Shown piece after piece: positions 26,734-38,023 of a stretch of 64,000 bases of DNA. The notes beneath the pieces are model-generated. The model was not told where the DNA came from and made no database searches. It worked only from the letters and a program-made list of their open reading frames with translations. Both the position numbers and the translations under genes were made by a program. This stretch comes from Macrostomum lignano (taxonomy: Eukaryota): contig NIVC01000184.1 of the NCBI GenBank assembly GCA_002269645.1, positions 620,001-684,000 of the forward strand, read 5' to 3'. Numbering within the stretch: position 1 is the first letter of the stretch; every line of letters begins with the position of its first letter.

Positions 26734-27439
26734 TGGTCTCCCTTCGACTGACAAGCGCAGCTATAATAAAAACTCTCCTTTTAATCAGCTCCTTTTCGCA
26801 CGGTGGCTCTGCCGGATCGCCCTCGCGTAACGTATTGGGTTTCTCTGAACTTATAGTTAATTAACTCCAATAATACAATATTCAACCTATTAAACCTTTA
26901 TTCATTGATTAACAAGCCTTAGCCTAATCTTCGAATACGTTGCTTTCGGGGCGTAAATCTAACAATTCTCAACTTTAAGCAAGCTCTGAAAACAAACGGT
27001 CCGTAATATGCTATACGCTGGTGGCAGCACTTGCACTACCCTACTTATACATGTAGTATCAATTAGAGAATATCGAAGTACAATGAATTCGGTGTCAACA
27101 ACCGCGCCAAATTTAAGACCGCTCGACTACGACTTCATCTACCCGCCGGAATTAAGGACCCGGCAGAAGCAACGAGTTTTACTCGGCGAGATTTCCGGTT
27201 TGAAACGCGCGAACTCAAACGCAGGCGGCAATTCAAAATTCTGAAATCGCAGGGCCCGAAGTTTAAAGTAAATATTTTAAACGCAAAGCCTGATAGATTC
27301 TCTGTCGTCTGTGCTTTAACTATTTTTTAAATTTACCCTCTGAGCTAAAATATCAACGAGAAATGTTTCTACTGCAGATGTTCTGTAGGAAGTTGCGCGA
27401 GTATAATTTTATAATTTTGTTTTTCCGCTGACGGACAGG

Positions 27440-27770
27440 TGACGATCGGCTTCCGCGCTATCAGCAGTTTGTCTACTTCGGCGGTCCTGGTGCCTGACGT
27501 TCGCCAGGATCTGTGACGCATCGCCGTGGACTTACCCCTGGGCTGCCTTTCGTTCCGTGAGGGCTGTCCTGCAGTCCGAGGCCCTGCCTGCCCGCCAGAA
27601 GGCGGCGTTGTTCCAGGCGGTGATCGAGACCGTCCTGTACGTTGTACAACGCCGAGACCTGGACGCTGACGGATTCGCTCTGAAACAGCAGGTCGATGCG
27701 GCGCACGCTGGCCTGCTGCGCGCCGACTTCAAGATCGGCTACGAGCCGGTCACCAATGCGGCACTCTATC
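27440..27770 (+). mobile_element. RTE-like LINE fragment (post-RT region)
   Basis: FVYFGG...AAFRSVRAVLQSEALPARQKAALFQAVIETVL(L)YNAETWTLT with frameshifts is typical of the RTE-clade ORF C-terminus. Confidence 0.8.
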
Positions 27771-27799
27771 TGATGTGTTCCTTATTACCAGACTTTCTC

Positions 27800-28990
27800 T
27801 GTAATCAAGGAACAATCACTTCTAGCTCAGTAGCTAGGCAACCCAGTAAGTCAACTGCAGGTACTCAATTACCTTGAATCCGGGTGGGCTGTTCTTTTCC
27901 TAGAGTAGTTCTCGCAATAGGTCTCTCAGTGGATCCGTAGGTCTCGTTTATCTTCCGGAAGACTCTGTTGCTCTGGTCGGATTTCTTCTTTGTTTCTCAC
28001 CGGCCGGTATCTGTCGTTCGGACCAATGGGAAGCTTCCAATTACAATTGGTACCCTGCGCCAACTGCGGTTCAATATAATTGCCTCCTTCTTCTAGCAGT
28101 GCCTCTATGTACTCTAGGTCTAGCTCCGGTATTCTCTAGCAGATCTTCTAAGATCTACTAGGGTAGTCCTTCGGGCGACTACAACCTATGGAGTCTCAAA
28201 TGGACTCAAGAGTCTCAACAGACTCTAACACTATATCACAAGTGAGTCGACTCAACAACAACGGGCGCAAATAAGGAAGGCTTACCGCAAGTCACTCGAC
28301 CGAGTCTAGAGTTGATCTAGGAAGTCTTGGCTAAAGCTTCCTCTTCGGAGCTCCTTCTCCTTCCGGAGACCGGTTTCTTGGCTCCGGGTCCACTTCGGAC
28401 CACTTGTATTTATAGGCAAATGAACTTCTCTCGAGGTCGTCCATCACTTTTTCGTAAATGTCAAAGGGTCACGATTCGGTGGCTGTCAAGCATGACAGGG
28501 TAGAAAGTTGCGCAACTAGTCTACTTTAAAAGCGCATGATTGGTTACCGTAGCTGGTAGCCTTCGATTGGTTCATCCGGGTGCAAACCGGGTGCAAGCCA
28601 AATGATGAATCGCAGGTGGGGTTTGAACTGACAATTGTATGTTACGCATGATTGGTCGGTTGCCAAAAAGCATGACCGACTTTTCTCTCTTTTGATTGGT
28701 TGATTAAAATATATGTATGGTTCAGTGCATATCTTTATACATGCTACTTAGTATACTACTGAATAAAATGTGTGAGTAGTACATTAACACTTTTTATGTC
28801 TTCTCTTACGGGAGGTAGAACACTCTACATATCCCCTCTCCCGTCCCAGCGAATGGTTGCGCCATCGGTGACTCAGCTGGCAGGCCATTTCATCCGAGCC
28901 GAGTCCTATACTGCCCACAGCCGGGTCTGGAGGTGCTGCTGCTGACGCTGCTGACGTTTCGTCGACTGCCTGCTGGCTGATGCCGGCGTT
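27800..28990 (-). mobile_element. LTR retrotransposon 3' end: 1030-bp LTR (28829-27800), PPT and short internal remnant
   Basis: The minus strand reads GGGAGAGGGGA-TA-TGTAGAG...GATTACA, i.e. a PPT followed by a TG...CA-bounded segment. CTATAAATA lies inside at about 28405-28413. Confidence 0.75.
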
Positions 28991-29501
28991 TGCGCCCCGG
29001 CCTTGAAATGTGCTTTAAGACATTGTCTGTGACATTGACACTGGCTGAGAATGTATTTTGTTGTTGTAGTTATTGTCGTTGTTTTCCGCTTTAGTGCCTC
29101 TTTTTAAAGTGTGCAAGACGAACGTGCGTTCCGAGTCACTGCAAGATAGGCAATGTAATGCACGAGCTAGCACTGCATCGTGACTTCGAGGCTCCACTTG
29201 GTAAAAATATTGTGAAAAGATGAGTCCCCGTTAGTAAACTTAGGTCAAAGCTTAGAGACCCATGACTCTGTTTTTCCAAGTGAAAATGGCCGCATTACTT
29301 GCATTATACGTTGTGTTGAAGTCGGCGAAAGCATTAAGACACATTAAATATATAGACCATAGTCTATGGTTCAAACTCATCCAGATAGAATGAACCTATT
29401 CAACAAGTAAATTGCTGCAAAATCATCTCTAAACTCGTATTAGATCTGCCCGGCTGACTTCATCAGCAATTTCTGTAGCCAACTGTTCAACAGCAGCAGA
29501 C

Positions 29502-30263
29502 ATGTCTCGCTACCGCGGTTTCACAGTCTCCTTTAATTCCATTGGCGCCGGCAAAATCCTGCGCAAGTACCTGGTGCTCGCCTGCCAGGAGATGCTCACT
29601 CCGCTGCTCAACCAGGCCAACGTCAACATGGTCGAGGCCAAGTGCCAGTGCCAGATTGTCATCAACACTCGGGCCGTGTTTCGCAAGGGCGCCATCGGTA
29701 CCTGGGTGAAATTCCAACTGCTCCAGGTGATCGCACCTAGCAACGCTAAGCATGTGCAGGCTAAGCGTCTGCTAGAAGGCCTCCTACCCGGCAATACGGT
29801 TCTTGAGGAGTACAAAGACACAGCCAAATCGCGAATCCAATGCAACGAGTTTGTGCCCGACAACAAAGACCTAGTGTTCAACTTCCATCGCAATGGCATC
29901 ATGCACTACAAGTACGGCGAGGTGGAAGACCTCTACACGCCGGGAGCGCCTCTGGTTGACAAGAAGACTCTAAAGAAGATTGTACCGCCGTGGAAGATCA
30001 CGAAACGGGAGCACCAGGGCGTCGCGCTGCCCAGTAGAAACTTCCCGCTGCAACGCCGGCTGAACATGATCGGCCTGCTGGACATGCTGCTGCTGGGCGC
30101 CGAGTACACGGGCGAAACGGTGGACGGCAACAAGAACAATCCGGAGAATTTGAACAACGCCGAGGTTGACACGCACCCGATGCGGCGAAACGCGCCGCCG
30201 CTGTTTGCCGGACGCTCTGACCCGACCAGACGGTCGCCGCCGCCCTACTTCGCATTTATCTGA
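29502..30263 (+). CDS. Intronless hypothetical protein, 253 aa
   Basis: ATG-to-TGA ORF of non-repetitive sequence, GC-rich at third codon positions against AT-rich flanks. No family recognised. Confidence 0.7.
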   Translation: MSRYRGFTVSFNSIGAGKILRKYLVLACQEMLTPLLNQANVNMVEAKCQCQIVINTRAVFRKGAIGTWVKFQLLQVIAPSNAKHVQAKRLLEGLLPGNTVLEEYKDTAKSRIQCNEFVPDNKDLVFNFHRNGIMHYKYGEVEDLYTPGAPLVDKKTLKKIVPPWKITKREHQGVALPSRNFPLQRRLNMIGLLDMLLLGAEYTGETVDGNKNNPENLNNAEVDTHPMRRNAPPLFAGRSDPTRRSPPPYFAFI

Positions 30264-30759
30264 GGACGAGAAGTGCGTGCGTCACTCCGTTTCTGTAACG
30301 AATATGAACAAGTCAGTAACGATGCTTCGAGCTAACAATATTGTACGATAAGCTTTTGTCCTGTTATGCTGAGTTCCGCTATGCTCAGGATGTTGTTTTT
30401 GGTTTTTCAAAAAACACAACTATCCAATTCTTTACTTTGAACTTTGATGCATTTTTTTTCGGAACCGTCGCACAAGAACTTCGGTTGGATTCTTATCAAA
30501 TTCTGGTTTATTTTTTTTTTCAAAACGTGCGAATAACAGCTAGTACCTATGTTGGAATTGTGAAGTTGAGACAGCAGAATGTCAATGCAGATAAACTGTA
30601 ACTTCAGAAATAAAACAGCAAAGATGAACTGCTCTGTAAATGTAAAAGTTATCAGCGTTGGGACTTTTTTCCTTTAAATGCATGAAAATTTGGCGTTGAA
30701 GTATCTATATTTAATTAGAAAATTGCCAGAAAATTTGTTTTTATAGAGAAAGAGCAAAA

Positions 30760-31215
30760 ACAACAACAGCAACAACAACCACGACCACAACAACAACAAA
30801 AAGCACAACAACAACAACAAGGCACAACAATAACAATCAAATAGCCAGGGACTACTTAAACTACTTAGTTAGTTAGTTAGTTTGTTAGTTTAAGTAGTCC
30901 CTGCAAACAGCAAAAACCACAACATGCACAACAACAACAACCAAACAACAACCTCAACGACAATAGGAACAAAAACAACACCAACAACAATCACAACTAT
31001 AGAACAATACCAACAACAACAAACACAACGACAAAAACAGCAACAACAACAACCAGAACAATAACAACAACAACAACAAAACAACAACAACACCAACAAC
31101 ACCAACAACAACAAAAACAACAATAGGAACAATAACAACAACAACAAAACAACAACAACACCAACAACAATCACAACCAAGAACAAGCAAAACAACAACA
31201 ACAACAACATCAACC
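30760..31215 (+). repeat. Degenerate (CAA)n low-complexity tract
   Basis: Directly visible; source of the poly-Leu/Val/Cys minus-strand ORFs. Confidence 0.95.
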
Positions 31216-31367
31216 AAGCGCAATTAAAAACGCTCTTTAATAAAGATATCTCTGAACAGCTGAAGTAAGGACGCTTTACACTTTTCTAAGTTTATCAGAA
31301 ATGAGCTAGAGGTCGGAGTTTGCAAACCGGAAGTCCTCCAAGTGCATAGGTGCGGGAATTAGCGATG

Positions 31368-34300
31368 TCAGGAAGGCGGGCTTCGCATCAGGCTATCTTT
31401 TTTCAACATCGCCTTGTCTCTGCTTCTTTCTAGTCTCGCATTTTTCTCTCGTTCCAGTTTCAACTCCGCGTCCAGCAGGTCCTCATGTTTATAGAGATTG
31501 TAGCTCTGCCGTTTGCCGCTAGGCGAATACCCAATGATGCCGTCAATGGTTGACAAAATGCCTGAAGCGACATCCGTCACAGACGATTTACTAGTGGCGT
31601 CAACCATGAATACGCTTCTATTTTTCATCTTTTTCATCAGCAGAGCAAACGGCACAGAGTCCTTCTTGCGCTGTTCCATCCGGTCTTGAAATTTTGTCTG
31701 ATCACCGCCAAGACAGTCGCCGTGGGTGAACACCAGCACTAGGAATGTCCAGAAATTTTCACCAAACAGTTTTTTAAGATGCTTCAACGAAAGCTCGTCG
31801 TCAGTTGAGTAGGGCTTGTCCAGTCTGAGGACTAGCAGGAATGCGCTAACGCCATCGTTGCTCGACGATACAGCCGGCTTGAGCAGCTCTAGGTTGAGGC
31901 TCCTGGCGCTCGGTGTGTCAGTCACTGTGAGCTTCCGACCTTTGAGAACTCCCTGCCGTAGGGATAAATGCGACGGATTTGAGACGGCGAGTGGATTTTT
32001 GCGTTGTTGTATGGGTTTTAATTGTGTTAGCGTCTGGGATTTTAGTGTTGGGATCTGGGATTTTAGTGTTGGGATCTGGGATTTTAGGATTGGAATCTGG
32101 GATTTAAGTGTTGGGATCTGGGATTTTAGTTTTGGGATCGAGGATTTTAGTGTTGGGATCTGGATTTTAGGATTGGAATCTGGGATTTTAGTGTTGGGAT
32201 CTGGGACTTCCGTTTTGGGATCGGGGATTTTAGTGTTGGGATCTGGGATTTTAGGATTGGAATCTGGGATTTTAGTGTTGGGATCTGGGACTTCCGTTTT
32301 GGGATCGGGGATTTTAGTGTTGGGATCTAGGATTTCAGTGTTGGGATCGGGGATTTTAGTGTTGGGATCTGGGATTTCCGTTTTGGGATCGGGGATTTTA
32401 GTGTTGGGATCTGGGATTTTAGTGTTGGGATCTGGGATTATAGTGTTGGGATCTGGGGTTTTAGTGTTGGGATCTGGGGTTTTAGTGTTGGGATCTGGGA
32501 TTTTAGTGTTGGGATCTGGGGTTTTAGTGTTGGGATCTGGGGTTTTAGTGCTGGGATCGGGGATTTTAGTGTTGGGATCTGGGATTTTAGTGTTGGGATC
32601 TGGGGTTTTAGTGTTGGGATCTGGGATTTCAGTTTTGGGGTCGGGGATTTTAAGTGTTGGGATCGGGGATTTTTAGTGTTGGGATCCGGGATTTTAGTGT
32701 TGGGATCTGGGATTTATGTAACTCCGAACCCTCACCGATACGCAGATCGAGCCAGAAGCTGTAGCGCCACCGCTCGGCACAGAAAATGCGTCCTCTTTCC
32801 CTAGCAACCGGTTGCCAAGGCTGCTTTTGCCAACCCCGGAGTCGCCAAGAATTAACAAATTAATTGCCGGCTTTAACTCAGGAAACTGCAAGTATATTTG
32901 GAACCTACAGTCTAGATGGCATAATTTAGAAGACACCAAGAATAGCGTCCTGATCTACTTCAGTTTTTGATGGTGGAAACTTATTTTTACCTTAAAGGCC
33001 AGATATACGTATTAGCGAATTCATATTCTATTAGCGAGAATAGAATATGAAAGACGAAAGAGAGGAGAGGTGGAGAGGCGAGAGGTGGGATGAGAGAAGA
33101 GACAAGTAAGTAAGAGGAGAGACGAGAGAGAGGGGAGATGAGAGAGGGAAGATAGCCTAAGGAGAGGAGAGAGAAGATAAGAGAGGAGAGAGGGGAGATT
33201 ACAGAGGAGAGAGGGGAGATAAGAGAGGAGAGAGGGAAGATAAGAGAGGAAAGAGGGGAGATAAGAGAGGAAAGAGGGGAGATAAGAGAGGAGATAGGGG
33301 AGCTAAGAGAGGAAAGAGGGGAGATAAGAGAGGAGATAGGGGAGCTAAGAGAGCTGAGAAGACACAAACCCTGAGCAGGCTGGAGCACAGATACTATAAA
33401 CACTAGATAGGCCACTCAGGCTAATTTTCTGGGCAAGTTTTTTATTCTACTTTCTGCTTAGTAGCAATGAAAGGAAGCAACAGTATTATTTGCTAAATTA
33501 GACAAATCGAGTGACTGTTTTTAAGACATCGTTTTGCTAACGCCATAAACAACTAACTTGTTTTGTGCACTAATGGTGTACATTAAGACGCGACAGACAG
33601 TGTGCAATGCCGCTATCTTTCAAAGTGGAGGAAGGGGGGTAGTCTGGAATAGGGTTAATATCAGTTTCGTATAAGGCAGGGTGAGTGGATCGATAATTTA
33701 GGCCTACTGGTGGTGGGATAGAAAATAAAGGACTGCACATAGCTAGCCTGGGTTAGGGGTGGGGTGGGGGTTGAGAGGTTGTGGGTTAGAAAATTTGGGG
33801 GTGGCGAATCGTGCTTAAATACAAGCTTATATAGATGAACAGGACAAGAGTCAGAGTTAAAGAAAGTTCGAGTGCATACTAGCTTTTCTATCTAATCTTG
33901 TACTCGAGAAATGTTTTGATTCGAACCACTGCTGTGCTCCCACTTGCACGAGCTTTGTACTAGTGCTATTAACATCCGAGAAAGAAAAATCCGTTGCGAA
34001 TGCATAAATTACCAAAAGATGACACTGGCGAAGCGCTGGCAGCAGCTACTACAGGAGCGTGGATATTGATCTTTATAAACAATTAAATCACGGGGCCTCC
34101 GTGTGTTCAGCTTGCACTTTATGGACGAGGCCTACTGCTGCCTTACAAAGTGCCACGGATGTGCAAGACATCTGTTTTCGCTGGGACGCAATCCCACACC
34201 AAGAGTTGATGCTGCCTCGGCTCGTTCAAATAGACCAGCTACCCTCTGTGCAAAGGACTGATAAACGATGAAGAGGCAGACGACATGTACCCTCCAGTGC

Positions 34301-35635
34301 TGGGGCCAATTAGCAATCTATCTGCAGCCGAGCCTGCGACTTGCCTGCTGCCAGTGCTGTGGCAGAGCAACCTTCGGCTACCAGATTCTGCGCCGAGAAC
34401 AGCTGTTGCGGCTGAAAGCTCTCACCTCTGCAGCCGATTCGCGGGTTCCAAGCGCTAGAGGCAAAGATCAAGCGGCTGCAGCAACGATCCCGAAAGTGAC
34501 AGGCGAATCAAGCGGCTGCAGCGGCAATCCCGAAAGTGACAGGCGAATCAAGCGGCTGCAGCGGCAATCCCGAAAGCGACAGGCAAATCAAGCGGCTGCA
34601 GCGGCAATCCCGAAAGCGACAGGCAAATCAAGCGGCTGCAGCGGCAATCCCGAAAGCGACAGGCAAATCAAGCGGCTGCAGCGGCAATCCCGAAAGCGAC
34701 AGGCAAATCAAGCGGCTGCAGCGGCAACTCTCGATGGTCAAGGCAAGTGCAGCGCAGTCGTGCATCCATGGACTGTGGAGGCGTGGCTAGCGCAGCTTCC
34801 AGCGGTCGACTGGGCGGCAGGGCGCTCGCAGTCAGGGGTGCTCTGGTCAAAGGATGTCATCTCATCAGCAGCTCATTGCAGCTGCACCACAAAAGTCCTG
34901 CTGCTTATCGGCTGCCTGTTACGAAACCACTGAGGATTGGCTCCATCGGATACATCCCTGGACCTTGAAGTGGCGCATTCGCCAGTTTTTTTCATCTGTT
35001 GGGCCGTTCTGAATGCTGCCTCTGAACAAGGGCGACTGGCGACCCTGTTCTTCGACAGCACGCTGCGAGTTTCACAAACAGATGAGCTGATTAAGATGAG
35101 AAATCTTTCTATTTTGCTTCACGAATATGGATTATGGAGTATATGATATAGCTCGTATTTGCTAAATATACAATAGTAGACTGCAATAATATAGCCTTCT
35201 ATGCAATCTAAAGCATTCACAATGTTGCTTTGAATTGTGGAAAGTATAATTATAAGTTTCTTTTTGCAAAAAATCAATACAATTGCTGCATTGCATTCAT
35301 CTGTTTTTTTATTTTAAAAAAATATAAATAACGCTAAAATGTTTTTACTACTACTAAGCAGAAAGTAGAGTAAACTGTCGTGTTGTGAAAATTAGCTGGA
35401 GTGGCCTATCTAGTGTTTATAGTATCTGTGGGCTGGAGTGCTATATTATGAAGTTTCACAGGACCCGAGAACCAGAGAGAAGCTTCGCGAGCCGCATGTG
35501 GCCCGCGGGCCGGAGTCTGCCGACCCCTGCCTTGCATAGGGCGAGCCTTATATCCACGTATCCCTCTCGCCTTACCGCAGCCGGTGGTGCGTTTGAAGTG
35601 CAGTACGACGTTGAGAAGTAGCCTTTGTAGGCCAT
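31368..35635 (-). CDS. AIG1/GIMAP-family GTPase, about 264 aa
   Basis: Exons 32885-32736 and 31952-31368 join in phase 0, with a likely first exon 35635-35576 (ATG...GCG|GTAAGG). Motifs: G1 LLILGDSGVGKSSLGNRLLG, G3 VTDTPS, G4 VFTHGD, then a C-terminal coiled-coil-like stretch. Exon 1 is less certain. Confidence 0.8.
32030..32715 (+). repeat. 21-bp intronic minisatellite GGGATCTGGGATTTTAGTGTT
   Basis: Fills GTPase intron 2. Confidence 0.97.
33055..33355 (+). repeat. GA-rich low-complexity array
   Basis: GAGAGGAGAGAGGGGAGATAA-type units in GTPase intron 1. Confidence 0.9.
33386..35430 (+). mobile_element. Defective P-element-superfamily transposon (THAP + transposase N-terminal remnant)
   Basis: Perfect 32-bp TIR CACAGATACTATAAACACTAGATAGGCCACTC and exact 8-bp TSD GGCTGGAG (33378-33385, 35431-35438). 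A frameshifted THAP domain gives CCAPTC, HKLPKD, RWQQL, VCS-LHF and WDAIP (33924-34200). P-transposase-like WSKDVI, HKSPAAYRL and RLATLFFD lie at 34840-35060. Confidence 0.9.
34470..34728 (+). repeat. 40-bp tandem repeat inside the P element
   Basis: GCGGCAATCCCGAAAGCGACAGGCAAATCAAGCGGCTGCA, about 6 copies. Confidence 0.95.
35487..35529 (-). mobile_element. Terminal fragment of a hAT-type MITE
   Basis: Minus strand CAGGGGTCGGCAGACTCCGGCCCGCGGGCCACATGCGGCTCGC resembles common hAT MITE ends; partner end not found. Confidence 0.5.
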
Positions 35636-36054
35636 TCAAAATTCCAACTCAAAGCTGCCGACTCGAGCAGAATTGCAAAAGCAGCTTGGCACCAACTGCG
35701 AATGCAGATGCTGTAGGCTTTAGGCATATTTAAAGTGCGCCTGCAGTACACCAACTAAAGCAATCCTAAGTTTGCGCATTGCCACACAATAGCACGTCCG
35801 CTACCATTTTCTCTCTCGCAGCTAAACAATAAAACAACCCTCAGTACGCGAGAAGAAAAAACAAATATTGAATGTACATTCGATTGTGGCGCGCTTGCAC
35901 TCGTAAAGCATCGAGATCGAAACAAACAGAATAGAGAGAGAGCGAGAGAGAGGCAAAATTTTGGTCAACTATTGCTTTAGCTGCATGAGGTCAAAGTATA
36001 TGTAGATCATCTTTAGACAAGATGTAAAACCAGGAGCAGATTTTCTACAGTACT

Positions 36055-37800
36055 CACAATCTCACCATTTTTAGCGCCACAATCTCATCATTTTTAGCGC
36101 CACAATCTCATCATTTTTAGCGCCACAATCTCATCATTTTTAGCGCCACAATCTCATCATTTTTAGCGCCACAATCTCATCATTTTAGCGCCACAATCTT
36201 ATCTTTTTTAGCGCCACAATCTCATCTTTTTTAGCGCCACAATCTTATTATTTGTAGTGCCACAATCTTATCATTTTTAGCGCCACAATCTCATAATTTT
36301 TAGCGCCACAATCTAATTATTTTTAGCGTCAGTCTCTTCAGTTTTAGCGCCACAATCTAATTATTTTTAGCGTCAGTCTCTTCAGTTTTAGCGCCACAAT
36401 CTAATTATTTTTAGCGTCAGTCTCTTCAGTTTTAGCGCCACAATCTAATTATTTTTAGCGTCAGTCTCTTCAGTTTTAGCGACACAATCTCATCATTTCT
36501 AGCTCCACATCTGCGCCATTTTTAGCGCCACAACTGCACAAGTTTCAGCGCCACAACCAAGCCATTTTAAGCGCCATAGCAGTGCCATTTTTAGCGCCAC
36601 AACTGCGCGCCATTTTAGTTCCACTAATGTGCCATTTATAGTGCCACAACCAGTGGCCGTAGCAAGCCCCCCCCCCCCTGAAATTTTCGCGCCAATACAA
36701 AAAAATTTGCGCTATTAGTATACGCGTTAATAAAGTCCAAAAAACACACCGGAGTGATTCTTGAGGAAAAAGCATTATACTTAACAAAAATATGGAAAAT
36801 TCTTATCATTCTTTGGCTAAATTCCACACCGTACCGTAGGCAATAAAGTCTGCTCCTTTTTAATGATTACGCACTCACTGATATATTTTTATCAAAAAGA
36901 TGTTGACAGTCACAACACAGTTACGATGTCTAGCAATGTCTGCAAGTCTACGTACTCTTAGTGAGAAGTGACCAAAAATATCCCTATCATTATCTAGTGT
37001 AACTTGTAAGTAACTATACTAAAACACTAGATGGTCCTCCCTACTACCTATCTCTGCAGTGCAAACTAATGCTCCTTTATTTAGCCTACTCTTATTTGGG
37101 CACTTGGAGCGCGAATTGATATTGAATTTGGTGACGAGTCATCAGACTTGATTGTTGTTGGCAATCGACAGAAGCTCGGAAGCAATAGAAACCCCTCTTT
37201 TCTGTGTAAAAAAAAGAAAAAAATATTCTTGAACGCTTGAAAAATAAGCTATTTTTTCGCGCCTAGTGCTGCTTCAATTTTTCGCGCCATGGTTGAAATT
37301 TTCGCGTATTCGCGCTACACTACAGCCACTGGCCACAACTGTTCCATTTTAGCGCCACAATCGCGCCCTTTATATAGTGCCACAACTCCGCTGTTTAGGG
37401 CGCCACAACTGCGCCATAACTGAGCTATTTTAGCGCCACAACTGCGCCATAACTGAGCCATTTTAGCGCCACAATTGCGTCATATCTAGCGCCACAACTG
37501 CGTCATTTTTAGTGCAACAACTGCGTCATATCTAGCGCCACAATTGCGTCATATCTAGCGCCTTAACTGCGTCATACCTAGCGCCACAATTGCGTCATAT
37601 CTAGCGCCACAACTGCGTCATTTTTAGTGCAACAACTGCGTCATATCTAGCGCCACAATTGCGTCATATCTAGCGCCTCAACTGCGTCATTTTTAGCGCC
37701 ACAACTGCGTCATATATCAGCGCCACAGTTGCGTCATATCTAGCGCCTCAACTGGGTCATTTTTAGCGCCACAACTGCGTCATATATAGCGCCACAACTG
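36055..37800 (+). repeat. TTTAGCGCCACAA-core minisatellite (about 22 bp), split by a MITE
   Basis: Two blocks, 36055-36650 and 37340-37800; a 44-bp higher-order unit occurs at 36301-36480. Confidence 0.95.
36651..37331. mobile_element. hAT-type MITE inserted into the minisatellite
   Basis: TIR CAGTGGCCGTAG / CTACAGCCACTG and exact 8-bp TSD GCCACAAC (36643-36650, 37332-37339). Confidence 0.88.
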
Positions 37801-38023
37801 CATTATTTTGATAAAAATCGAAGAAACACAAAAAAATTTTTGATAGCAGTTCACAATTTTAAGCACGATTCGCTTCTTATAACATACGTAGAAATACAAT
37901 TTGTTTGACAATTTATATATATATTTAATATAGACGAAATTACACGTACACACAAAAGAGCGGATTAAAGAGCCCCCAATATCGAGTCAGTACAATTTTG
38001 TTATTTTTTATTTTAAACTTTGT

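Noticed and set aside
31816-32676. 286-aa LVLGSGI repeat ORF
   Set aside because: Antisense translation of GTPase exon 3 plus the 21-bp intronic array.
34268-34933. 221-aa ORF inside the P element
   Set aside because: The 40-bp repeat cycles through all three frames, and the transposase-like motifs are scattered over different frames.
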